DNA of 58,100 bases, the filler included, from Sphacelaria rigidula (lineage: Eukaryota), in NCBI GenBank assembly GCA_964200075.2. It is 3 parts of 3 records of this genome, joined end to end, with 100 filler letters (N's around TTAATTAATTAA, not from the genome) between each part and the next. Parts side by side here need not be neighbours in the genome. Positions count along the whole stretch, not along the records: positions 38,803 to 58,100 come from CAXNAA020000693.1; 2 more parts are not named here. The stretch is one strand, 5' to 3'. The notes beneath the pieces are model-generated. The model did not search any database. It saw only the letters and a program-made list of their open reading frames with translations, and was not told the DNA's origin. The stretch's first letter is position 1, and every line of letters starts with the position of its first letter. Position numbers and translations under genes: made by a program. This document shows positions 38,978 to 49,311 of the stretch, piece by piece.

Positions 38978-41807
38978 TAAGGTCTCTTGAGGAGTGAGGA
39001 GTTACAAACGCAGTGTTACGCCGGGGAAACTGTCACGTTGTTCACCACCACCACCAAAACGCGACTTATTGGAGTAAAATAAGTTGAAAGGGCAGAAGAA
39101 TGACAGTTTTGGTGATGAGCAGCTGTTGTTGCACTAACCCTACGCTACCCCTCCGTTGAAGTCCGGTTAACCCGAAAAAAGTTGATGAAATCTGTACAAG
39201 CCAAAAAGTCATTTTCCAATATGGCCGACCAACACACGATCGAGGATTACTCGCGCTGGACGAAGAGCACCGAGCTGAAACTCATCAATCAGGTAATACT
39301 TGCTAACAGCCATCGTTTCACATCAAGATCCCACCAATCAGCTCCCAGGATAGTCTGGAATTCATTTGTAAAAGCTCACTGTACCTCAAGATTTTCATCT
39401 GCCGTAGGAGTCCGCGCAGCCACAACATGAAGAGCTTGATAGATGCGCGTCTCGATACACAGAGCAAAATGATTTGTCTCTGTAGCTGCTGTGTGCATCG
39501 ATATTTCGTCATCTGAGTGGGGGGTGTTGGGACACATGAGATGCGGTGGAAAAGCGCATCAGATACCCATGTACCCTTTTCTTTCACCTCTCAGGGGGGG
39601 GAATACTAGACCAACTCCCCCCCCCCGCCAAAACGCCATAGAAAATCCTGTAAAATCGATCGCATACTAAACTCTATACAAAATGTTGCAGCGTCAGAGG
39701 TGGGGTACCCTCCTCTGTGAGGGGTAGCATACGATCATAAAGTAAGAATATCAGACGGTTCAGTGGCAAGCAAAGAAATAAAGCATATCACGCCTCGTGT
39801 AAGGCCTGGTGGGGCACTTTCGGATCTGAAACTGCTTCAGGGATGAATCGACCATTTCTGTAAATCTGGACTTCTAGATTGATGATTGACGAGGCCAATT
39901 GAATAACAATATACTGTATCTAAGATTCATCCCACGGCAAGAACCGTTCATTTGAGCCCCTTTTCGCCTGGCTCGGCGACGCTTTCCCGAAGAAAACCAG
40001 TCGATGCATGGATGAGGATTTTCTATTCTTCGCGTTCTCACTCTTGGTCAAACGCTAGCCTCTTGATCTGACGAAAACCTTGTTCTTCACCGCTTCCCCG
40101 CCGAAAGCGAGGCAGATCAGTGCAGAAGACCACCAAGGCAACATTATTTTCCAGCCGAAAGCAAGGAAGATGAGCACAGGGCCATTCGTGCTTGACGTGG
40201 GGGTATGCAGGGCACAACATACGACTAGTGTTGCGATACTATCACTCGACACCAGTTGGACAAGGGGAATCAACGCCCAAACAAATCGGCGGGACAGCGC
40301 GGATAGCACGGAACTCAACAGTCCGGCCAGCGCAAGATCGTCCATCTCCATGCCATGCTGCTCTACATGTTTCGGAGCATCTCAGCAGAAGGAGCATGCC
40401 TTGCAGGAATCCCGAGAAAAGTGTACTTCGCAGCTTACATCTTTGCCAACTTCACAGGACGCGTTATCCATACTCAAAACTGATGCAACCATAACCAGCG
40501 ACAAGCTGCCACGCCTACTTGATCACTGCAACACTAGCACCGGCATGGTAGACATGGCAAGAGGGGGCTCCGTGAGAACCGTTCTGCATCGTACTTTACA
40601 TAGCATCAAAGATCACGAGGGAGGACACACTTGTCGAAAAATATGCATATACAGCGACAAACTAACCGAGTTAAATCCTTTGGCAAATAGGGTGGGTAAT
40701 CTATTAAATCGGTATAATTTTCCGCTCGAAAAATGAGTACAACACCCACATGACGCACCCTGGCGGTCGTGCACGTGAATTAGCAGCATTGTGATACTAG
40801 ACACCTTGACAGAATATGCACAGTCTGGTACGTAACAAAATGTCAAAAAGAATGGAAAACAATCGAGTCCCTCGCTCCCAACTTAACTAGCACAGTACGG
40901 AAACAACACAGTTTTTGACATCCACTGCTAGAACATTCTACAAAACGTAATTTCGAAAACACGCATGAGGAGAAACATTGACGAACCGCGGGAGTATCTT
41001 CTAGCAAGGCCAGCAACGAGCATCCCCTGCATCGGACCAAGGCCGGCTCTCATTGACTTGGTCTACGCGTGGAGCAGACCATGGAGTGAAAAAGTAGCAG
41101 TCCAGAAAATCAGTCTCTTTCCTCGACGGTGGGCTTTGCAGCTACAGTACAGACAACAAGTCGAAGGGCAACGAATGTGCAAGATCCTGTTTTTCGGCTT
41201 CATGACGGGGTATGGATATGCCACCTACCACTCGGCTTCACTTTGTGGAATAAGACCATATGACATGAATTCGTGCGGCGATAGGTTCGTGGGGGTGCCT
41301 TTACACCCGCCTTCCGTTACAGGACAGCATGCCTAAATGAAACGACGAGATACACAAAACGAGATGCGGGATAGGTACACTTCATCGCCATGATGCCAGG
41401 CGCGAGACTCTTCCCTCAACCAACACAGTTGAGACACATGCACATGGAGCAGTACAGCACACAGACAAAACAAACACAGTCGCTCTTGATTGTACCACGC
41501 CTGAGAGGCGACTTGGTGAACTTCACGAACTACACGGATGGTAAAACTACCATGTTGTCAAACATCGTAACACTACTAACCCCACCTGTCGCGTGGGAAG
41601 TCTACATAGAACTCAGTAGCAGGGCAGTTGCTCTAAAATCACCTGCAGACACCCTATCCCCGGTAACCCCATCCTCCCAACATAACACCGTAATTACCTA
41701 ATGCCACCTTATGCACCACAGAACGGAAGTCTTCAGTTATTTGTACACATAACCCACTCTTTCACCACTCCCCTCGTACGATACAACTCCTACGAAATGT
41801 TTCACCA

Positions 41808-44273
41808 TCAAGTCGGTGCTCGAAAAAACGCATCTACGCTGAGTTGCCGAGGTGGGGTCGATCGCTTCGACGCCGGAGAGGGCGCATCGTGTGCCTTGCA
41901 GCCCCTCGGCGACAAAATCGGGGACGTGCCGCCCATGAACATTGCAGTCCCCACTCCATCTCCGTCCTCGAGCCTCCAAGCCGTTCTCTGCGTGCCCCCT
42001 CCTTCTCCTTCAGCGTCTGCATGGCGAACTGCGACAATCTCACCATCCCGTGATCCGCTCTGCCCCGCCGACGATGGGACAAACTGGGTTGCCCTCATCG
42101 CCACCAGCGAAGACCGACGCGGAGTCTTCCCCCCACCACCCCTGTCGTTCCGTCCCAACCTGGTTTCGCGTAAGCTCAAGGGCCAGTCACCGCATTCATC
42201 AAACTCCGTAAACTCGCTGCCGCAGTCTATGCCACCAGGCTCTTCTACGGTGTCTTCTTCTATGGGTTCTTCCATGATAGGCTGTGCCAATACACCGCCG
42301 TCGGACCCACCCAAAAACCGAACCAGATCGGGCGACATGAGCTGCGGGTCGGCCAGAACGTTGGCAAGCCAGGAGGCCAGAAGCACCTGTTTCTCCGTCA
42401 GTGCTTCCTCACGATTGCGCCCGGACATCATCATTCCCAGGCTCGTATTCCCCAGCCAGCTGTTTCCGTTGACATGAAGCTCCGGCACCCGTTTCTCGCC
42501 ATCTACGACATAGCTGTCATCAAATCGGTTGGTCTCAACTCCACTCGCCCCCATGCCGGGCAGCGCCTCTCCGCTCGAACCGCGCTGGCGCTTGCCCGCC
42601 GCTGCCTCTTTCGACGCCGTTGCAACGAGCGCCCTCCGGAGAGTGACGAACTCATCGAGCCGCCTTTCTACCGTCCATGTCGACCGCGCTTGGGTTATTG
42701 CAACTTCATAGAAAACCTCGTCTACTAGACGTCCGACCTCGATGCGGTACCTGGGCACCCCGCACGAGATGGGCTCCACCTGGCCAGTCGCGGACCGTCG
42801 GCGTTGCAACAACGCGGAAGATTTTCGCGGTATATCCCGAGGAACTCGCGGCAAGACCGAGGCGCGCGGTCGCCGCTTCTGCCATTGGTGCGGGCGCGCG
42901 CCCCGCTCCAATGGCAGCATCGGCGTCGATGGAGAACTGGCTCGTAGATGACTGCTACTCTCCTGGAGGAGCTGTGACACCTGAGCACTGATGTGCTCCA
43001 CGTTTTCCATCGCCAACAGAAGCAGTGGCATGCCCTTATTTCCCCTAGCGGCGGCTGCAGGTGCGGCGCTGAAGGACGGTCCTCTTCCCTGAGACTCCGA
43101 TATTTCTTGCCGGGACGCCGGCGCCAAGGTGCGCCATAGCTCGCTCACTTGTCGTCCGCTGTGGCTGCTAAGCGGCTTCACGCCGGGGGGGTCCTCCAAA
43201 AGAGTGGTGGAAGCAGGCTTTGACTCCTCCGTCAGGGTTGCCTTGAGCGCCTCCAATAAGCGCCCGGTGTCTTCGCTATGCGACCACAGGTCTGTCAGTA
43301 CCATCTTTACCCGAGTCCAGGGCGTCTCCGCCTGGTCTTCGGACTCCATCAAGGGGCTGGCGGAAGACTGTACCGCCCCGGTTAATCCCAGTCTTGCGGA
43401 CCTACTGGTAACTTCAGTCGGCGTTGTCGTCTCTGCAACCGAGGATTCGTACATGCCGTCGTGGACGCCCCCGGGACCCACACACAGCTTGCTACCTCCG
43501 AGTAAACTGGACTGGGGAGTAAAACTCCCGCTGATGCCGGTGGCAAAATCATCCGTGTCGCTGTCGCCCCCCCCGCCCCCCCTACCATTCCCCATGTTCT
43601 GAATTCCCTCGAGGAGATCACCATCATCATCTATGCTACAGGTTCGCTTGTCTTCGTCAAATACCAACGTGCCCATTCGAGCGGAGCCCGCTAAACTTCT
43701 CACGATAAATCCCTCCTCCCCAATTAGAGTCGGCGGCGACCTCCTCCTGCGACCACGTCCTTCTACCCGTTCCACATCATGCTCCGGCGAGCAAGACGTG
43801 GACTTGGAGATCGACCTTCGAATCATCATACTCCCAATACTCTTCTCCCATTCAGAGAGCCCATCGACCGAGGTCTGGTGTTTGAGTCCACAAACACCAG
43901 TACCAGTGTTCCGTTTTCGAGGACCAAGATTCAGGCTCGAGTGGTGTGTGGGAGGGGTAGTCGCGATGTTGAAACTTCGCTCAGACCTGGAGGCCGACTC
44001 CGGCGAGATTTCAGACGCCCGCCGATGGCCTTTCGACGTTTGAGACGGCGGGCGAAGAAAAAAGCGTTCGGTCGAGCTTCGCAGAGAATCTCGGAGTTCT
44101 CCGAGCGCCGGGTCGTCCGAAAAATCGTCCTCACTATCACTGCCATCCCCCAGTAATTCATCCGACCTACTGCGCGAGTGGAAGCCGCCGCCGGAGGACC
44201 GACTCGCTACCCAGCTGGCCATTGGGCTTGTGGCTTCAAGCATATCGGCCATGTCGCGGTGCAAACGCGTGAT
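41808..44273 (-). CDS. Terminal exon of a PX (Phox homology) domain-containing protein
   Basis: 818-aa ORF with an in-frame ATCTCAG acceptor at 44275-44274. PX pattern at ~42750-42308: VFYEVAITQARSTWTVERRLDEFVTLRRAL...PEL...EKQVLLASWLANVLADPQLMSPDLVRFLG. Upstream exons not identified. Confidence 0.8.
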   Translation of the reverse strand: MTRLHRDMADMLEATSPMASWVASRSSGGGFHSRSRSDELLGDGSDSEDDFSDDPALGELRDSLRSSTERFFLRPPSQTSKGHRRASEISPESASRSERSFNIATTPPTHHSSLNLGPRKRNTGTGVCGLKHQTSVDGLSEWEKSIGSMMIRRSISKSTSCSPEHDVERVEGRGRRRRSPPTLIGEEGFIVRSLAGSARMGTLVFDEDKRTCSIDDDGDLLEGIQNMGNGRGGGGGDSDTDDFATGISGSFTPQSSLLGGSKLCVGPGGVHDGMYESSVAETTTPTEVTSRSARLGLTGAVQSSASPLMESEDQAETPWTRVKMVLTDLWSHSEDTGRLLEALKATLTEESKPASTTLLEDPPGVKPLSSHSGRQVSELWRTLAPASRQEISESQGRGPSFSAAPAAAARGNKGMPLLLLAMENVEHISAQVSQLLQESSSHLRASSPSTPMLPLERGARPHQWQKRRPRASVLPRVPRDIPRKSSALLQRRRSATGQVEPISCGVPRYRIEVGRLVDEVFYEVAITQARSTWTVERRLDEFVTLRRALVATASKEAAAGKRQRGSSGEALPGMGASGVETNRFDDSYVVDGEKRVPELHVNGNSWLGNTSLGMMMSGRNREEALTEKQVLLASWLANVLADPQLMSPDLVRFLGGSDGGVLAQPIMEEPIEEDTVEEPGGIDCGSEFTEFDECGDWPLSLRETRLGRNDRGGGGKTPRRSSLVAMRATQFVPSSAGQSGSRDGEIVAVRHADAEGEGGGTQRTAWRLEDGDGVGTAMFMGGTSPILSPRGCKAHDAPSPASKRSTPPRQLSVDAFFRAPT

Positions 44274-44762
44274 CTGAGATTTGGAATTGAATCGGCGAGT
44301 GGGTGGATTCGAGTGGAGGGTAAGACATGAAAAACATGAGTATCTCGCGGATTGAGTAAGCGCTCGAGTGCCGAGGCTCGTAGTGGAAAATCAGATTGAT
44401 ATTGCGTTCTAGCGGAAAGAAGACCCTCACACGACAAAAGGTGCCACGTAGTTGGTCTACTGCATTGTTTGTGTGAAATTTGAGCGAATTGTCGATGGTA
44501 CGAGCGAGCGTTGTCCACATGGTCAAATCAACCCCGAAAAACGACGGTGTGTTCGCCCACATGACAGTTCATTTGGCCGGGCTTAGCTGCGGCACAAAGA
44601 CAGGTGGCACAAGGGCACCGAAGCACCGTTGCTGCACTCGTAGTAAGAAGCACTTGCGGGCTGTCCATTGCTGCTGTTGTACAGTGTGTAACAAGATGGC
44701 TGTGTGCTGGCGACTATACGTGTGGCATCGTAATACAACTATTCCATGTCTTGTACTGACAA

Positions 44763-45005
44763 GCCGGTTGCCCCAGTGGCTCAGTTCGAAATTTTAAGCA
44801 TTCTGACGGTTGGGAGCGGGGTTCAAATCTCGATGAAGTCACATTATCCTCCCATCATGCTCAACACTGAAGAGGGACCATGTCGTGGATACACAACGAC
44901 TTCACGGTCGGCGAGGGTGAAGGACTGCGGGACCCTTCTCGCGATGAAAAGTGAGACAAGCACCGCACGAGGGAGATGGAGTACGCACTAGAACAAAACA
45001 AAAAA
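44763..45005 (+). mobile_element. tRNA-derived SINE
   Basis: Head GCCGGTTGCCCCAG, Pol III A-box-like TGGCTCAGTTCG, B-box-like GGTTCAAATCT at ~44820, no complete cloverleaf, A-rich end near 45000. Confidence 0.6.
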
Positions 45006-45429
45006 TTATCAACTTCTGTATTGACCATCTTCATGTTCGACCCCGGTTGATGCGCCCACATATGCCGTAAGGTGTAGAGTGACGTTCAGAGTAGATGTGA
45101 CGACACAACACACGCACTGACGTAACGATGTGCAAATGCGAAAGGCACAAAATTCGACGAGGGAAAGGGACCGATGAAATCCCCTCGCGCCAAAAAAAAG
45201 GCGAGCACTGCAGAAGGAAGGTGGAGACCTCAAATAAAATGAAATAAAATGTATAAAGAACTTCTGTGTTGGCCTTCTTTCTGTGTGACCCCGCGCCTCA
45301 AATACCGAAAGGTGTAGACTGATGTCCAGATTGGATGACAACGTACAACATACAACACACCACACCGATGCTACAGTGTGTCTGTGTCTGTGTTGTCATC
45401 CCATCTATTTTGGACGCCAGTTACACCTT

Positions 45430-45590
45430 TCGGTACGTGTGGCGGTTTGCAAAGTGCTGCGGGCTCTGCGGCACGCGTTACGGAAAGCCGCCGCGGCACT
45501 GAAAATTCTGGTGTGTGAGAAGCGTACGCATCAAAGCGCAGTCCAATCCTCTCCTTCGTTGCCGAGATATCTGCGTCGAAAAATCGGCAA
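45430..45590 (-). repeat. Inverted homolog of the interior of the nested TIR element (2432-2590)
   Basis: Reverse complement aligns: TCTCGGCAACGAA..AGAGGATTGGACTGCG..GATGCGT.CGCTTC.CACACACCAGAA...GTGCCGCAGAG.CCGCAGC.CTTTGCAAAC. A TATGCCGT terminus-like motif lies at 45061. Confidence 0.8.
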
Positions 45591-46148
45591 CTGCGGCTTC
45601 AGGAACAGCAGCGTTTATCCAGGTGAAAAATAGTGAATTTTCAAAAGCTCATTTCGAAACTCAAGAAAAAAACAAACTCCCGCGCACCATGGGCGAAGTA
45701 CAAGGATAAAACCGGTCAAGACTTATCCTGTGCCTTGACAGCCGCATGCAAGGTCAAGGCAGGACCTCAATGCGCGAAGAAGGCTGAAAAAAAATCAACG
45801 CGGCCACCGATAGGCTCAACGCGGTCGCCGAAAAGCTTGACGCGTCTGTTTCATGTCAGCGTGTTGGGTCCAGCGCATAAACTCCGCTGCGCCCAGTGTT
45901 TATTGTGGTCCTTTGGTCCTTTCACAGTCGGGAGACAGCGATGATGTTTCCCGTAACTGACTGTGCATACTAAGACCAACTCTTATGGGAGCGGTTAGAG
46001 TTTATTTTGCAATAATTTGAAACGACTTTTTTTTTTCCTTTGCCGTAGTTGTGTATTTTGTTCGCGTTCACCATGATGGCAAAAAAAAAAACTCCTCTGA
46101 AATTGTTGCAAAATAATTTTTCAAACGCTCCCATGAAAGTTGGCTTAA

Positions 46149-46976
46149 GGGCCTCTGTGTTCGCACTCTTCTTTTCGATCGAAAAAATGGGGCGGTGGAA
46201 CCGACCTGAGCGAAACTTTCTTGTTTTGATGCAGTTGGGTCCAGATGGATTTTCAAGATTCCGATCAAAAAAAGACAGTGAAATTCGTGAAATGGCACAT
46301 GGTCAAAAATGTACGGTACAGACAGTCTGTACTGTCTGCACTGCTTGCAAGCAGGGTGTCTCAAGTGCGCGTGTGGATGTTTCGTGCAGGAGGATATAGA
46401 GGAGAAGCGGGCGACGTGCAGTGCAGACAGCCCAGGACTATCAGTTCTCTCTGCTTACAATGCAACTTGAGAAGGACTTCAGCAAGGTGCAGCTTTGTAC
46501 TGCCTGCACTGTTCATGAGCGTGCACGTAACTCGGTTGCCTATCGTACCACGCAGTTCCGTCTCTGATCCCTACCATGAGAGAAGACGTGCAAGTTTTCG
46601 CCAACAAAAAATAGACAAGGCACACCCGACTACTGCAGTGTATCTATCCCTGTGCTCACTTCGTGCTCTATGCTGCAGGGTTGTGGTGGTGGCTGGGAAT
46701 GAGTTGAATGGAGTTTGCATGATCCTGTGAACAGGTGTTATCTGGCGTGGTCGTCTGAGGTCTGTAAGACAGGAGTCAAGGGCCACTTCGTACCTCTCGA
46801 CCGCATGTTTTCGATCGAAAACGATTGTTTTTTACCTCGTTGCATTCTTCTCCGCGCGCCGCTATTTCTAATTTTGAGTTGAAGCCTTCAAGAAACATAA
46901 ATGCGGTGGACCCATCAGATCGGCAAAAAAAATCGACCGCACTTTTTCGATTAAAAACAAGTATCGAGACACGCCC
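46149..46976. mobile_element. PIF/Harbinger (Tourist-like) MITE, copy 2, uninterrupted
   Basis: TAA|GGGCCTCTG...CGAGACACGCCC|TGA; colinear with both halves of copy 1. The same terminal 12-mer CGAGACACGCCC recurs at 50468-50479 (followed by TCA). Confidence 0.82.
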
Positions 46977-47257
46977 TGACAACAATATGTGAACAATGCA
47001 AGACCGGGTAAGCTTCGTTTTGGAGGGTATGTGTATGTATCTTGCGTCCTGCCATGTGGTGCTTATTCCTTGTATTCGCTTGTGTACAAGGGGCAATTCA
47101 TTTCCCCAACAGCAAGTACTACGAACCATGTGGTTTGCTCTGATCAAAATCGGCTGTATTGTATCTACGCTATCGAGCGCACGAGCCAGGGCCTCGAGCC
47201 CGGTCTTTTTTATGTTCGATGCACCGCCTTTGACAGACCGAAGACAGTCATGGCGTT

Positions 47258-47491
47258 TGCTGTCACTACTGCCTGCGTAGATTGATGACAAGATAACAGA
47301 AGGAAACTATGAGACTGGACAGGCGGGATATTTGCGCAGTTGCCGCTGTACACCAACGACAATTTGAGAAAATATGCTGTCACTACTACTTGTGTACATT
47401 GATAACAGGATAACAAAAGGAAGCTGTGGGACTGGACAGGCGGGATGTTTACCGTAATTGCCTCTGAACACCAAATACAATTCGAGAAAAT
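47258..47491. repeat. Diverged 117-bp tandem duplication (2 units)
   Basis: Units start TGCTGTCACTACT at 47258 and 47375; both contain GACTGGACAGGCGGGAT. Confidence 0.9.
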
Positions 47492-47922
47492 GATACATTT
47501 TCGAAATTTAGTAGCCTTGGTGACGAAGCGCATGTGAGAGCCGAGCGACTTGTGATTGCGGATAGCCCGATCACGTGCCGCTACGTGGTGGTTTCCTCTG
47601 TGTGGCTGTGAAAAGTAACTTCGTGTTACAACAGCAAGTACCCGTCACCTCTCGAATTGCAGTAGGCAAGGTCACACATAAAAGTTGCCTGAGCGTACGT
47701 CGTACGGATCAAGCGCGGAAATCCACGGGTGAAGAGCGGTTTTGACCATCGTCGGTGTAAAGCACTTCACTGACTGATAACAGCAGCCATTATATTTTTT
47801 GCCACTGCCGCCTGCGTACACTAGAATATGTAAATAGCGCAGTTGGCAAGTTACAGTTTCGATCAAATGCTTGTTTCCGGGACTTCATACAGTACTACAA
47901 AGCAAAAATAGATAAGACTGGA

Positions 47923-48885
47923 TATTATTATTATTATTATTTCAACTTTTCCCGCACATTAGTCCAATACCGTCCCTGCTATTCCTTGCTAGACATGAGA
48001 GTCCCCCGTCATTTTTTCAGAGACTCCAGCCTAATTACATGGACAAACGCTATTAACTCAAATATTGCCAAAATTAAACTAAGAAGAGAGACGCCAAGAA
48101 AAACATGAGAAGTAGCTTCCCCGAGTTCCACGGGGTGGAAAAAAACAAAAAACTTCAGATCTGCTAAGAAAAGCACACCGACAGAAAAGGGAAATAAAAG
48201 TAAAGAACAGGAAAGACAGATGCCACAAAGGGATTCGCAAGGCCACCGGGCAGGGGGCAACTCAAAAAACAACCTCAGGCACACTCATAGATCACCACCA
48301 CAGCTGTTCGGAGAAACCGCAGACGTACTAGTGAGTGTACCTCCCGATGGACCAGTGGTGACTTTTTGAGGGCCCTCGGTAGGCACTGGGGGAGCTCTAG
48401 TGGTGGCACAGCAAAAAGTTCCGTAGCGCGACGTGCTTTTGTCTAGGCTGCCATGTACATGTCAGCCCCCTCCTCTACAACTCGGGAACATGCGGACACA
48501 TCTTGGGCAACCTGCGTCCACGATGTCGCTTTTCTCCTGAAGTATGAGCAGTAGTCCGTGACACAACGTTGTAGGCGCCTTGCTGGTTGGCCTACCATCA
48601 TCGTCCCCGCAACCATGACTCCACGCATGACAATGTTGGGGAGGCGTTCATCATGCATGCGCACAACGCGGCCGGCGTGTAGGAGGGTTCGCTTCATCAC
48701 TGTGGCCTGAACGAACTAGCAGCTTGTTCGTTCGAGAACCTCGTGGTATGGCAGCATGTGGTAGTCAGGGGCGCCGCGGCTTGAGGTATGCTTAATGAGG
48801 CACCTCAGCAGGAATCCTCGATGGGCCTCCCGTAACGCGCCGAAATTGTCGTTGCGATCGTCCAGGTCACAAAGCCATACAGCGT
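47923..48885 (-). mobile_element. 5'-truncated RTE-clade LINE (ORF C-terminus, 3' UTR, (TAA)n tail)
   Basis: LYGFVTWT...LREAHRGFLLRC...PYHEVLERT...KRTLLHAGRVVRMHDERLPNIVMRG...WTQVAQD; short tandem-repeat tail at 47923-47941. Confidence 0.88.
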
Positions 48886-48927
48886 CACCACGATCACATC
48901 AGTTTCAGGAGACGAACCTTGGTGGCG

Positions 48928-49311
48928 ATGGCAAACAGATTTTTAGCTCACGAATTGTTCACTTTTGGGACGTTTGATCCACTTCTCCAGACCAAACAGG
49001 GAAAATCGGCAACACATGTCTCGGATATTTTTCATCATCCTACAGAGAGGAGCCTAGTCTGCTTTTCAGATTCGCCTAGCTCCGACTCTCGTAGATTGGC
49101 CACTGAATAATAATTCGTGTCCAAACATCTGTGCTTGCGGCCGCTCTCGAAACCTTGGAGCCAATTGAATCTTGAAAGTGGGCTAGGCTCCTCTCTCTGG
49201 GGTGATGCAAAGTGTCCAGGACATGCGTTGGCGTTCCCCTGTTTGGCGGTAAAAAAATGGCTCAGACGTCCCACAAGTGAACAATCCGTGGGCCAAAAAT
49301 CTGTGTGTCAT
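48928..49311. repeat. Long diverged foldback (~150-175-bp arms, short loop)
   Basis: CAGATTTTTAGCTCACGAATTGTTCACTTTTGGGACGT pairs with ACGTCCCACAAGTGAACAATCCGTGGGCCAAAAATCTG. Inner pairs include CCAAACAGGG/CCCTGTTTGG and AGAGAGGAGCCTAG/CTAGGCTCCTCTCT. Confidence 0.88.

Noticed and set aside
41701..44156. Plus-strand ORFs overlapping the PX exon
   Set aside because: Antisense shadows of a GC-rich coding exon.
44810..44845. Minus-strand LHRDLNP resembling a kinase catalytic loop
   Set aside because: Flanked by stops with no other kinase motifs; it is the reverse complement of the SINE B-box region.
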